Origin: Eledone cirrhosa
Taxonomy: Eukaryota
Length of the DNA: 64,000 nucleotides
Assembly: GCA_964016885.1 (NCBI GenBank)
Contig: OZ024759.1
Coordinates: forward strand, 28,768,001 to 28,832,000
Direction: 5' to 3'
The notes under the pieces are model-generated. The model was not told the DNA's origin. It was given only the letters and a program-made list of their open reading frames with translations, and ran no database searches. Position numbers and translations under genes: made by a program. This document shows, in pieces, positions 41,153-55,767 of the stretch (its first letter is position 1; every line of letters starts with the position of its first letter).

Positions 41153-41234
41153 GCGTATATATATTTCTCTATGTATGTATATACACGTGTAAATGAAATA
41201 CATGCAATTCATAAACAGAATCGGATGATCACAT
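40727..41234. repeat. Inverted duplication (about 85-bp complex arms) around a microsatellite core
   Basis: ATGTGATCATCCGATTCTGTTTATGAATTGCAT...TTTCATTTACACGTG versus its reverse complement at 41151-41234. Confidence 0.92.
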
Positions 41235-41313
41235 TTAACTATCTCTCTGTATATACGTGTATATATATATATATATAGGTAAATATAAAGAGATAGATAT
41301 GTGTATATATATA

Positions 41314-41359
<46 letters not shown>

Positions 41360-41484
41360 TACACAGGTATACACACCATGGTTCTTGTTCGTATCTCTGC
41401 CTACCATGTTGTATCACTGAGTTCAGTACATTGATATCTGATATACCGTATCAAAGATATATGGATATGTATCTTGATACTGGA

Positions 41485-41536
<52 letters not shown>

Positions 41537-42568
41537 ACTCACACACACACACACACACACACACAGATACACACACACAGACACACACAGATACACACAG
41601 GCACACACACTCACACACACATATACAGACATACACACACACACACACGCACACAGACACTCACACACACACAGACAACACACACACACAGACACACTCA
41701 CACACACAGACACACTCACACACACACACACACACACAGACACACACAGATACACACACAGACACACACACAGACACACACACACACACATACACACAGA
41801 CACACAGACACACACTCACACACACACACACACACAGACACACTCACACACACACACATACACACACATATACACACACACATATATATACACATGTATG
41901 TATTTATGTAAAGAGGTGTACAGTCGTGTGTATGTATATATGTATGTATACATATATTGGAATGCATGGATTAATATATATGCTTGTATATATATATGTA
42001 TGGTATGTATGTTTCTATGTATATATGTATGTATGCATGTATGTATGTATGTGTGTGTATGCATGTATTTATGTATGTATGTGTGTATGAATATATCTAT
42101 GTACGTAGGCATGTATGTATGTATGTATATGTGTGTATATATATTGAGGTGTGTATGTATGTATAGAGGTGTATGTATGTATATATGTGTATATATATTG
42201 AGGTGTGTATGTATAGAGGTGTATATATATATGTGTATGCATATAGAGGTGTGAATGTATGTATATATGTGTGTATAGAGAGAGATGTGTATGTATGCAT
42301 GTATATATGTGTATATATGTTGAGGTGTGTATGTATGTATAGAGAGAGGTGTGTATGTATGCATGTATATGTGTGTATATATGTTGAGGTGTGTATGTAT
42401 GTATAGAGAGAGGTGTGTAGTACGAGATAAGAGTTTGTAAGCCGAAACTCAACCATTTATTTTGCATTATCTTAATATCTGTAACTTAAAGAAATCTAAA
42501 CATTATACCTATATATATATATATGTGTGTGTATATATATATATACGTGTGTGTGTATGTGTGTGTAA

Positions 42569-42636
<68 letters not shown>

Positions 42637-42860
42637 CAGACATACATTACATATTTACACACACACATATATATATAAATACACTCATATATATATATAT
42701 TTAAATACATATATATATATATATACATACACAGGCATGTTTTATATACGTTTACGTGTATACATGCGTGTGGGGAAAGATATTAAGCATATTAAATATC
42801 CCCAAACGTGTATGGTCTTTAAACGTCTGTTATCTCATACCCATGCACAGACACATATAT

Positions 42861-42922
<62 letters not shown>

Positions 42923-43056
42923 TCATGTGCTGATTCAATCAGGGGCATAAACGCACTCTTTCATGCAGAACCGTGTAAGTAATGTAGAATTGTGTGTATA
43001 ATTAAGCATATGTATCTCTTTTTCACTTTGTAATATATATTTATATATATCTATAT

Positions 43057-43079
43057 ACACACAAACAGACGAGTTTCCC

Positions 43080-43118
<39 letters not shown>

Positions 43119-43134
43119 AACAGACGAGTTTCCC

Positions 43135-43203
<69 letters not shown>

Positions 43204-43220
43204 AACAGACGAGTTTCCCG

Positions 43221-43252
<32 letters not shown>

Positions 43253-43268
43253 AACAGACGAGTTTCCC

Positions 43269-43313
<45 letters not shown>

Positions 43314-43330
43314 AACAGACGAGTTTCCCG
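43057..43330 (+). repeat. Five copies of CACAAACAGACGAGTTTCCCG separated by variable (TA)n
   Basis: Read directly. Confidence 0.95.
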
Positions 43331-43436
43331 TATATATATATATATATATATAATTTGAGTTATAAAGAAATATACGGACTCGTGACCTTGCGTTTAATAT
43401 ATCTGTGCATATACGCCTATATATATATATAATATA

Positions 43437-43521
<85 letters not shown>

Positions 43522-43540
43522 ATGTATGTATATATATGTA

Positions 43541-43938
43541 TATTAGAGTGGCCTTTATTTTTCAACTTTTACAAGTTTAGCTTCCACAGCCCTATCTTGT
43601 TTCAATTAACAAACAGCCAATCTATGCAAAACTTTAGCTCAAGCTGATAACTGCAAGGCGGCCGTCATCGACTGGGAAAATTTGAAGTTTTCGCCTGGAA
43701 AATCATTTTTTCAGATAAAAAAAATTGTTCTCTTATATAATTTTCTCTTAAATTAAAAACTTTTTCAGACTTTTTCTTGGTATTAGAAGGATAAGTGACA
43801 ACAAATATAATGTGGAAGGCAACTTGCAAAGCTGGGGACAGAGCGCAGCAAGTATAGGGCAAACACCTAATTTTCACTGTGGGAGCTGCAAAATTTTAAC
43901 TTTCGGAAAATGACCTATTGCTAAGGGCCACCCTAATA
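43541..43938. mobile_element. MITE with TTAG(A/G)GTGGCC TIRs (hATm-like)
   Basis: TATTAGAGTGGCCTTTA versus the reverse complement of TAAGGGCCACCCTAATA; subterminal similarity to 45640-45757. Confidence 0.75.
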
Positions 43939-44010
43939 CACATATATCCGTATGTGGTTGATAGGTGAGAGAAATGAGTACTCGGTATTGAGTAATAATA
44001 TATATATATA

Positions 44011-44171
44011 GTAATAATAATAAATTTGAAGACTAAAATCCAAAGAGGGCTCGATAAGGATAAATATATATCAAATATATAGGAACCGTAGAGCAAATAT
44101 TTGTTAAAATAACAGATTAAAGTTTAAGCAAAGTGAAAGCAGCGATTCTTTGCTTAAACTTTAATCTGTTA

Positions 44172-44178
<7 letters not shown>
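44011..44178. mobile_element. Family C element with a terminal 30-bp-arm hairpin
   Basis: Near-identical to 50501-50623; TTAAAATAACAGATTAAAGTTTAAGCAAAG / CTTTGCTTAAACTTTAATCTGTTATTTTAA. Confidence 0.85.
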
Positions 44179-44239
<61 letters not shown>

Positions 44240-44350
44240 TATATACATATATATATATATATGTATATATATTCATATATACATATATATATATATATGT
44301 ATATATATATATTCATATATACATATATATATATATATGTATATATATTC

Positions 44351-44394
<44 letters not shown>

Positions 44395-44434
44395 TCATAT
44401 ATACATATATATATATATATATGTATATATATTC

Positions 44435-44495
<61 letters not shown>

Positions 44496-44594
44496 ATGTA
44501 TATATATACTCTCCTTACTATGCTTGCTTTCAAATTTCTCCTTGCTCCCCTTTTCTCATTGTATTTGTATATAAACAAGTACATAGATACAAGA

Positions 44595-44962
44595 AGAAGG
44601 GGGGAGCAAGGAGAAAAGGAGAGTAAGGAGGACAATGAGAAAGGGGGAGGAAGGAGGACAGTGAGAAAGGGGGATCAAGGAGAAAAGGAGAGCAAGGAGC
44701 AATGAGAAAGGAGAACAAGGAGAAAGGGAGAGCAAGGAGAAAGGGAGAGCAAGGAGAGCAATGAGAAAAGGAGGGTAGTGAGAAAAGGAGAACAATTAGA
44801 AAAGGAGAGCAAGGAGAAAGGGAGAGTAATTAGAAAAGGAGAGCAAGGAGAAAGGGAGAGTAATGGGAAAATGAGATCAAGGAGAAAGGGAGAGTAATGG
44901 GAAAATGAGAGCAAGGAGAGCAAAGAGAGCAATGAGAAAAGGAGAGCAAAAAGAGCAAGAAG
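44595..44962 (+). repeat. Purine-rich degenerate minisatellite (GAGAGCAAGGAGAAAGG)
   Basis: Read directly. Confidence 0.85.
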
Positions 44963-45045
44963 AGGTTAAGGCAAATATTGCTCAAGTTATGCCGAAAGCA
45001 GACAAAGGTGAAAAAATCAACTGAAGAGGTAGATTCTGCATCAAA

Positions 45046-45335
45046 ATGACTTTTCTTCCTGTACAAACATCGTGTCCGTCTTTTGTAACTCCTGGTACAA
45101 AAACTTTCTTCACAAGATTTTCTATCAACACCAATTTCCTCAACAAAGACCCCTCAACATGGAAGGATGATCCTGGTTACAAAAGTGGACTTGAAAAACT
45201 TGAGAAGACAGATGTTGCAGAAAGAGGTGTTAAACTCATTCAGGATTACAATAACATTCTCACAAGATGAAACTGAGAAACAATGTGTTTTACAGATCGT
45301 TACCAAAAACCATAAAACATTCTCCACTGCCACTA
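45046..45335 (+). pseudogene. Degraded C-terminal fragment of a DNA-transposon transposase (hAT/hATm-like)
   Basis: FLNKDPSTWKDDPGY...DVAERGVKLIQDYNNILT, then a frameshift, then DETEKQCVLQIV; followed by a TIR TAAGGGCCAGCCTAAT at 45742-45757. Confidence 0.7.
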
Positions 45336-45755
45336 GATCCTCTCTTATGCAGTGTTCAGTGTTCACATTACGTTATTTACTTCATAGAAATTATTGTTGT
45401 AAATAAAAATGCGTTTCCCCTGTGTGCTTTATTAAGAAAACCTAATATTTCAGGAATTTTTCAAATTAACTTTTGGTAAATTTGATTCAGAACGTTTTTA
45501 AACATTTGCTGGGGTTGCCTGGGGTTGCCACATACATTTCTCTAAGAAGAAAAAAGAAAATGGTCGAGATGGGGAAGAGTATACCACTTTTGAACAGAAT
45601 CGTTGCGTATACTATGTTCCAACTTCAAGACGTTTGAGGGTCGCCTAACAGTTGTCCGATTGAGCTGAAATTTTGCACATATCGTGTTTTTCTTAATTGA
45701 AACAGGATTAGGGGGTGGGAGCAGAAATAATACCTATTGCATAAGGGCCAGCCTA

Positions 45756-45833
<78 letters not shown>

Positions 45834-46137
45834 ATAATGTATGTATGTATATATATATATATATATATGTATAATATATGTATGCATATATATATGTATA
45901 ATGTATGTATGCATATATATATATATGTATAATGTATGTATGCATATATATATATATATATGTATAATATATGTATGCATATATATATGTATAATGTATG
46001 TATGCATATATATATATATATGTATAATGTATGTATGCATATATATATATATGTATAATGTATGCATATATATAATATATATATATATATGTATAATGTA
46101 TGTATGCATATATATATATATATGTATAATGTATGTA

Positions 46138-46182
<45 letters not shown>

Positions 46183-46195
46183 AATGTATGTATGC

Positions 46196-46235
<40 letters not shown>

Positions 46236-46281
46236 GTATAATGTATGTATGCATATATATATATATAATGTATATATATAC

Positions 46282-46330
<49 letters not shown>

Positions 46331-46787
46331 CATATATACATATACATATATACATATATATACATATATATATATATATATACATATATACATATATATA
46401 CATATATATATATACATATATATATATATACATATATATATACATATATACATATATACATATATATATACATATATTGTTATACTTGGGGAGGGTCATA
46501 TTTGTGTAATATTGCCAGAATTAATAACAGAACACACTCACTGTTTGGTTGGTTTTCGACACACGATTTCATATAAAAAACCTCGCAAAACTAATTCATC
46601 GCCGCTATATATACATATATATATATATATATATACATATATATATACATATATATATACACACATATATATATACATATATATACATACCTATATATAC
46701 ATACCTATATACATATAAATATATATGTATGTATACATATATATATATATGTATGTATACATATATATATATGCATACATACATTAT

Positions 46788-46846
<59 letters not shown>

Positions 46847-47305
46847 TACATACATTATACACACACATATATATATATATATGTGTGTGTCTGTACACAC
46901 ATACGTACCAACATATATAAATAACCTTCACCACTGCATACACCCACCACACAAAACAGGACAATAACCATATGTTTATTTTTATATACATACATACATA
47001 CATACATACATACATACATACATACATACATACATACATACATACATACACACATACATACATGTGTGTGTGTATACAAATAATATATATACATTATATA
47101 ATCTATGTCTATATATATCCCATTGTTGTGTCAATATGGTATTGACCCAAAATGTTCCAGTTTTCTCCAAGAGTTTCTCTCGTCTCTTCATTTCAATTCT
47201 TACCTCATTAAACACAGATTGTTTGTATGTTTGTTGTTGTTGGTATTATTATTGTTGTTGTTGTTGTTGTTACTGTTGTTGTTCTTATTGTTGTTTTTGT
47301 TGTTA

Positions 47306-47703
47306 AGGGAGGTAGATTGGCAGTATCGGTAGTGGGCCGGACGCCATGCTTTGCAGCATAGAGTTACGGCTCTTTACGGTCTGAGTTCAAATCCTGCTGA
47401 GGTCAACTTTGTCTTTCATCCCTACGGGGGTCGATAAAATAAAGTACCAGTAAGACACTGGGGTAATTGCTGGCCTTGTGCCAAAAGTAGAAACAATTAT
47501 TATTGTTGTTAGGGAGGTGGATTGGCAGTATCGGTGGAGGGTCGGACGCCATGCTTTGCAGCACAGAGTTACGGCTCTTTACGGTCTGAGTTCAAATCCC
47601 GCCGAGGTCAACTTTGCCTTTCATCCTTACGGGGGTCGATAAAATAAAGTACCAGTAATACACTTGGAGAAATTGCTGGCCTTGTGCCTAAAGTAGAGGG
47701 AAT
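47306..47703 (+). mobile_element. Two head-to-tail full-length SINEs (Nin/Deu-like family)
   Basis: AGGGAGGT.GATTGGCAGTATCGGT...GAGTTCAAATCC...GTAGA at about 47306-47505 and 47510-47703. Confidence 0.92.
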
Positions 47704-48036
47704 TGTTGTTATAGTTATTGTCATTGTAATTGCTATTTGTCACATATATTTAGATATTGTCGCTATTTAAACGGTGTCCCCAGTAGTGGTGGTCGTGCTG
47801 GGGTTGTTATTGTTGGGGTGTGGGGGAGGTTGGGCTTGGCGTTGTGTCTTTTTGTTATTTTTTTTTAATTTAGGGTCTTTCCCTGTGAATTTGTTTTTCT
47901 CTATTTCTTCTGGTTTGGGGTTTTAGTTTCCAAGGTTTTCACAAACGTTTGTTGTCGTCGTTGTCGTCGTTGTTGTTGTTATGTGTTATACGTATTGTTC
48001 TAGATGTAATGAAATTACAGTTTTAGGTATAGAGTT

Positions 48037-48152
<116 letters not shown>

Positions 48153-48280
48153 CAGGAATAAACAAGACAAACCGTCTAGTAGTCTTATACATATATAGAA
48201 AGTATGTTAGCCTATTGTATAAACGATTATAATCATATATATCCATATATACATATATACATATATACATTCACACACGC

Positions 48281-48327
<47 letters not shown>

Positions 48328-48356
48328 CGTATATATATATATATATATATATATAA

Positions 48357-48393
<37 letters not shown>

Positions 48394-48636
48394 CACATAT
48401 ACATATATATACATATACATATATATACATATACATACATATACATACATATATACATACATATACATATATATATATATATATACACACACACAGTTAC
48501 ATACCCAGTTACAATGACCAGACTTAGATGTAGGTTACAATAAATTGAAAAGATGCTGAAAGTCTGTTTTTAAAGATTCTGAAATTCGGTGATGGTGGTT
48601 TCTGGTATTGTTAAAAACTAATGTCATAAGAGTGTG

Positions 48637-49450
48637 ATGTATGTGTATGTTTGAGTGTGTGTTTTTTAATGTGTATGTATGTGTGTGTATGTTTGTGTGT
48701 GTGTTTTTAATGTGTATGTATGTGTGTATATGGCTGAATGTGTGTGTATGTTTGTGTGTGTGTCTTTTAATGCGCATCTATGTATGTGTATGTTTGAGTG
48801 TGTGTGTGTCTTTTAATGTGTATGTATGTATGTGTGTATATGGCTGAATGTATGTGTATATTTGAGTGTGTGTGTGTGTGTGTGTGTCTTTTAATGTGCA
48901 TCTATGTATGTGTATGTTTGAGTGTGTGTGTGTGTGTTTTTTTTAATGTGTATGTATGTATGTGTGTCTATGGTTGAATGTATGTGTATGTTTGAGTGTG
49001 TGTGTGTGTGTGTCTTTTAATGTGAATCTATGTATGTGTATGTTTGTGTGTGTGTCTTTTAATGCGCATCTATGTATGTGTATGTTTGAGTGTGTGTGTG
49101 TCTTTTAATGTGTATGTATGTATGTGTGTATATGGCTGAATGTATGTGTATATTTGAGTGTGTGTGTGTGTGTGTCTTTTAATGTGCATCTATGTATGTG
49201 TATGTTTGAGTGTGTGTGTGTGTGTTTTTTTTAATGTGTATGTATGTATGTGTGTCTATGGTTGAATGTATGTGTATGTTTGAGTGTGTGTGTGTGTGTC
49301 TTTTAATGTGCATCTATGTATGTGTATGTTTGAGTGTGTGTGTGTGTGTGTCTTTTAATGTGTATGCATGTATGTGTATATATGGCTGAATGTATGTGTA
49401 TGTTTGAGTGTGTGTGTGCGTGCCTTTTAATGTGTATGTATGTATGTGTG
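48637..49450 (+). repeat. TG-rich compound minisatellite
   Basis: Recurring CTTTTAATGTG, TATGGCTGAATG and TTTGAGTG blocks. Confidence 0.9.
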
Positions 49451-49592
49451 TGTGTGTGTTTCTGTGTTTGTGTGTGTATGTGTATGTGTGTATATATTTG
49501 CAAGGTAACCATACAATATATCACAAAATAGAATACAGACTCAAACACACACACACACATATATATATACACAGATACACCTACAGACTGAG

Positions 49593-49624
<32 letters not shown>

Positions 49625-49647
49625 CACAGATACACCTACAGACTGAG

Positions 49648-49683
<36 letters not shown>

Positions 49684-49793
49684 AATACATAGATACACTT
49701 ACATGCACACACATGCAATTACCGTATTACTTCTGCCTCTTTATATTCTGAGTTCAAACATATATACGTTATATATGTTTAAAACTTAGAAAT

Positions 49794-49858
<65 letters not shown>

Positions 49859-49894
49859 AAAAGTATATACTTTCATCTGGCAGGAAGGTATACG

Positions 49895-49928
49895 CTGCTG
49901 ACTATAGCTAATAAGCTTGAAACTAGTA
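49895..49928 (+). ncRNA. Degenerate hammerhead-like motif
   Basis: CTGCTGA...AGCT-aata-AGCT-t-GAAA-CTAG-TA; core has A6C and there is no good stem I. Confidence 0.35.
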
Positions 49929-50137
49929 CATCGTTCCTTTGTCAGTGTTGAACAAAAAGGCAACGATGGTTGCTAAACACTGTACGGCTTAATTTGGGAT
50001 GTTTGTTTACAAACAAACCGAGCATTATAATAAATGTTCGGTAAATCCATACGTACATATATATATGTGTGTGCATGTATGTATATATATACATACTACT
50101 GTACGCCTGTATACATATATGTATGTACGTATACATA

Positions 50138-50186
<49 letters not shown>

Positions 50187-50191
50187 GAAAT

Positions 50192-50237
50192 GGCTTCTAC
50201 TAGAACTGTTTCATTCAGGAGAAATCAACAGGAAGCC
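50192..50237 (-). ncRNA. Hammerhead motif (family F) with one core change
   Basis: Minus strand reads GGCTTC-CTGTTGA-tTTCtcctGAAt-GAAAC-agttcta-GTA-GAAGCC; 6-bp stem I. Confidence 0.65.
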
Positions 50238-50241
50238 TTCA

Positions 50242-50281
<40 letters not shown>

Positions 50282-50329
50282 CAGAATGAAGAGTAACATG
50301 GTCGGCTGTACAACAAGGGGCTTTATTTC

Positions 50330-50444
50330 AAGTAGTAACAATTGTTTCATTGATCAGGTGAGTCTAAAGGCCGCTAATCACTCGAAGTTGCGTCACTCGA
50401 CCTCCAATACAGTGTTTACCTCTGATCAAATCCTCAGAAAACTT
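50330..50444 (-). ncRNA. Hammerhead motif with a long stem II
   Basis: Minus strand reads AAGTttt-CTGAGGA-t-TTGATCAG...CTGATCAA-t-GAAA-CAATTG-TT-actACTT; in a (TA)n-flanked island 50278-50450. Confidence 0.7.
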
Positions 50445-50447
50445 ATC

Positions 50448-51003
<556 letters not shown>

Positions 51004-51025
51004 ATATATATATATATATATATAT

Positions 51026-51225
51026 TGATTTCTAACTTTGGTACAAGGTCAGCAAATTTTGGGGAAGAGCACTGCTGATTAAATCAATGCAAAGCATTAC
51101 TGGTACTTTACTTTATCGGCCTCGAATGGATGAAAGGCAAAGTTAACCTCAGCGGGATTTGAACTCAGACAGCAGAGAGATCGAACTAATACTGCAGATC
51201 ATTCTATTTGACGTTCTAACGACTC
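51026..51225 (-). mobile_element. SINE (Nin/Deu-like family)
   Basis: GGATGAAAGGCAAAGTTAACCTCAGCGGGATTTGAACTCAGA. Confidence 0.8.
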
Positions 51226-51711
51226 ACTGCTTTAATATATATATAAGATAAAGAGTTTTAACATATTATAGATAGTATTATTGGTGGAGATTAACCCGAT
51301 GTCTTTTATCTTCAGTTCTTGGCACACTGATTCCATTCATTGAAAATGTTAAAATTTTTTCATTGAAAAAATCCGTGTTACTTTTTTTTGTTTTGTCTTC
51401 TTGCCTTTTTGTTTATTTTGCTTTGTTTGTTTGTTTTTTTAACTTTCTTTCCAGGTGAGCTTTAAATGTTGTTATTGGTTACGAAATGTTACCATATTTC
51501 TAATGAAAGATACTACCTATGGCTTTCAAATAGTTTTGGAAATAATGAAGACTTTAGAGGGATTTAAAAATATAAATAACTTGGTTATTATTAGGCTGGT
51601 GTTTGGAACATAACTTAACCCTTTTGTTACCATATTTCTAATGAAAGATACTACCTATGATTTTCAAATTGTTTTGAAAATAATGAAGACTTTAGAGGGA
51701 TTTAATAATCG

Positions 51712-51928
51712 TTTCTGATTTTGTTTGACACAAGGCCAATTTTGTGGTGAGGAGAAAGTCGGTTAAGTTGATCTGAGTGCGTTACTGCTACTTTACTTTA
51801 TTGAACCCGTAAGGATGAAAGGCAAAGCTAACCGCGGGGGGATCTGAACTGAGAACATAAAGGCCTTTAAATCTATGCCACAACGCAAATTGTCCGACGC
51901 TTTACCGATACTGTCAACCCACCACCCT
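51712..51928 (-). mobile_element. SINE (Nin/Deu-like family), diverged
   Basis: CCCGTAAGGATGAAAGGCAAAG...ACCGATACTGTCAACCCACC. Confidence 0.8.
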
Positions 51929-51954
51929 AGAGAGATTTAATAATATAACTGATA

Positions 51955-52130
51955 ACTAGAGAAAGGTAGCTTTGGCTGGGTACTGTGATAGCTAGAGAGA
52001 GGTAGCTAAAGCAGGGTACTAGCTACAGAAAGGTAGCTAAAGCAGGGTACTAGCTAGAGAAAGGTAGCTAAAGCAGGGTGCTAGCTACAGAAAGGTAGCT
52101 AAAGCAGGGTACTAGCTAGAGAAAGGTGGC
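51955..52130 (+). repeat. Minisatellite of about 30 bp, CTAGCTAGAGAAAGGTAGCTAAAGCAGGGTA
   Basis: About 5 units. Confidence 0.9.
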
Positions 52131-52418
52131 TCTGAAATAATGAACGAAACAAGATAAATATGTCACACATACTATTACAATATATCAGGGTGAAGTGGTG
52201 TGGTGGGTGGGGTATGTCAGGGTGGTGTGGTGTGGGTGGGAGAGGGAGCTGTCAGGAAGAGGTAGGGAGATGTCAGGGGAGGTAGGGGAAATGTAGGGTT
52301 GTATTGAGGAAGAAATATGTGAAAGAAACGACAAGAAGAATGAAAGGAAAATACCAAACCTGACAAGTAAATATGTAGACGACAATTCCACTTCCGGTTC
52401 GTTCTCTCTCTCTCTTTT

Positions 52419-52476
<58 letters not shown>

Positions 52477-53265
52477 ATTCTGTGTTTTTCTCTCTATTTC
52501 TCTCTCCCCCATACCTCTGTCCCATCTCTTTCTCTCATATCACTACCACCTCTCTCTTTCTATCTATCCCCTCTCTCTTAAGTCTATCCCCTCTCTTTCT
52601 TTTGTATCACTACCACCTCTCTCTCTCACTCTCTATCTATCTATCCCTCTCTCTCAAACCTCTACCCTCTTTCTTTTTATCTCATATCTCTGTCTCTTCA
52701 TAACAATGCCACCTCTCTCTCTCTCTCTCTCTCTCTTTCTCCCTATCTCTCTCTCTCTTACCTCTATCCTCTCTCTTTCTACCCCTTCTCCCCTCACTCT
52801 TTATCTTCCCTTCTCTCTCCTTCATTCGTTAACTCAGTTTCTGTGTCACTGTGTCACATGGCTTCCATCTCTATCTCTCTATAACCCCACCCCCCACCAA
52901 CTCACCCACCTCAAAATGCACACCCCTCTCCTCCTTCTCTCTTTCTCACTCTCCTTCTCTCTTGCTCCCCACTACCCCAGTAAAATACCCTCTCGGCAAA
53001 TTTCACATCCCCCCTTCTCCGCTCTCCGCGCTGTCACCACCACCACCACCAATCAAACATCTGTGTCTGTCCTCCAAGGTCGCCATCTTGCATGCCTCAA
53101 GCATTTATCAAGTAACCGCCATCTTAACTCCACTTCATATATATCAATCATGCAATTTCCGACCCTATCTCAGTCGACATATTTTACATTGTAGCGACGA
53201 ATACCTCCTAAATAAACCCTTTACGTGTGTTGCTGCCGCAGGGGCCTGTGTCTGTGTTTATATAG

Positions 53266-53313
<48 letters not shown>

Positions 53314-54091
53314 CGAGCGAGAGAGGAGAGAGAGAAAAAAATGGAGAGAGAGAGGGAGAGAGAGAGAAATAGATTTATATATAGCAATAAATATGCATAT
53401 ATATATAAATATATATATATACAGAGAGAGAGAAACAGATAGTTAGAAATAGACGTGCGTGTGTGTCTGTATACATACATACATAAACACATGCATACAT
53501 ATATGTGTGTGTGAGAGAGAGATAGTGAGAGAGTGAGAGCGAGGGAGAGAGTGGGAGAGAGAGAGGGGGGAGAGAGGGGGAGTGGGAGAGAGAGAGATGC
53601 ATGTGTGACGGTAACAAAACAAATAAGAGACAGGAATATTTACGGGTATCTTTCGAGCAAAATACGAGAAAAAATACAACAGACTGAACATTTAATTGTG
53701 TTCCACAAGACCCCAGAAGCAAGAAAAATTGATTTTTTGTCGATGAAATGTGATGGAATAAGGAACATATTTATGTGTTTGTATATAGTTATTTTTTCAG
53801 CAGTCTGATGAAGGCGCGTCTGTCGAATTACATTACGTAACGGACATTACGAAGTGAAGGCAGTTTATCGAATAAAATAAAATATGAAAGAGTAATGCCC
53901 CGTTTTTGTGATCATTGAGGCGCGCGCGCGAGCGCGTGCGTGTGTGTGCGTGTGTGTGCGTGTGTGTGGGTTGTGTGGTAGCTGAGTATGACAATGTTTA
54001 GCTGCCTATCCAAGGAAGACGACAGGTGTGTATGGCATGATGGATGTTTCGGAACATGCGCTTTCGAAATTGTTTCTGCTCTTTCTACACA

Positions 54092-54156
<65 letters not shown>

Positions 54157-54264
54157 TCACACAGACACACACCGACACACACACATATATATATGTATAT
54201 AATGGACAGGTGTCTACCCTATGATAGATGTTTCGGAGCTGTGCTTTGATGACTGTCACTATAA

Positions 54265-54380
<116 letters not shown>

Positions 54381-54447
54381 GCGAAAGAAACAGTGACTGT
54401 ATACAAAACGCAGCGTCGAAACATTCAACACAGTACACACCTGCCTG

Positions 54448-54521
<74 letters not shown>

Positions 54522-54936
54522 GTGTGTGTGTGTGTATGGTGTCTGTTTATAAACTATGTGTGTGTGAGTTTAAAGTATATACATGTCTATTTTAATGCGT
54601 GTACCTTGATTTATTTTTTGTGCGTCATGTTGTTTGACCGACATTATGCATGTATATATACATATATACATGTATACACACAAACATATATACATACATG
54701 CATATATACATACACTTATTCATATATACATTGACATACATATATACATACAAACATACATATATAGATATACACATACACATACATATATACATACAAA
54801 CATATATACATACATGCATATATACATACACTTATTCATATATTCATTGACATTCATACATACATATATACATACATTCATACATTGACATACATTCATA
54901 CATACATTCATACATACATTGACATACATACATACA

Positions 54937-55545
54937 TGGTGGCTGCCAACTCGTTTTCGAGTACGGCCACTACTTTATATCCATGTAGGAGAACCCCTAC
55001 CGATGCGCTGAACGAGTGTGACTTTTTCGTCCAGCCAGCGACTTGAAAACTCTGGTACAAACACTACACTTGTGACAATTATTGACACACAGTGCTGGGC
55101 CCATGGTACCATGTGACGACAAGTGTAGAGAGATCTCCAGATATAAAGCAATGCCTGTGCCGTGAAGCTTTTAGTGAGCAAAGGCACTGCACAAAGCCAG
55201 TCCCACTCTCTTAACCAAGATGATATTTACCAAAAAGAAGAACAAGTCAACATCATTGGATACCATCAGGGTTGCAGGTGTTATATCAGAGTTTTCCTTC
55301 TCCTAGAATTCTGCCTTGACAAAGGCTAAGGGGTCATCTCTCCCGGTGATTTTGGATGGCCATTGACTCTTAAGAGCTCCTTTGCCCTTTGACAGGTTTT
55401 GTTTTTAGTCCTGCAGGATGTCCAAAGTCACCCTCCTCACCAAGAAACCTTGGTGGGGTTGCCAGTTTAGTCGCCAACGACCCGACCATGAGACAGGCTG
55501 TACTGAGATACATGTTACCAGTAGCACCAACTGGTGACCTGACAT
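54937..55545 (-). mobile_element. Unclassified interspersed repeat (possibly an RTE-related 5' region) inserted in (TACA)n
   Basis: 600-bp higher-GC island flanked by (CATA)n on both sides; contains GAGTTTTCCTTCTCCTAGA..AAGGCTA, which I recall from RTE-associated repeats. Confidence 0.4.
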
Positions 55546-55706
55546 AACATACATACATGCACTACATACATACATACATACATACATACATGCATACATA
55601 CATACATACATACATACATACATGCATGCATGCATATATACATACATACATGCATGCATGCATGCATGCATCACACACACACACACGCGCGCGCGCGCGC
55701 ATGCAT

Positions 55707-55767
<61 letters not shown>

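Noticed and set aside
43057-43330. CRISPR-like repeat-spacer pattern (also 16453-16719)
   Set aside because: Spacers are just (TA)n, there are no cas genes, and the context is eukaryotic
53801-53840. CTGATGA hammerhead core, or a 36-nt microexon QSDEGASVELHY
   Set aside because: No stem II or GAAA partner; the donor GTAACG is weak and nothing else supports an exon
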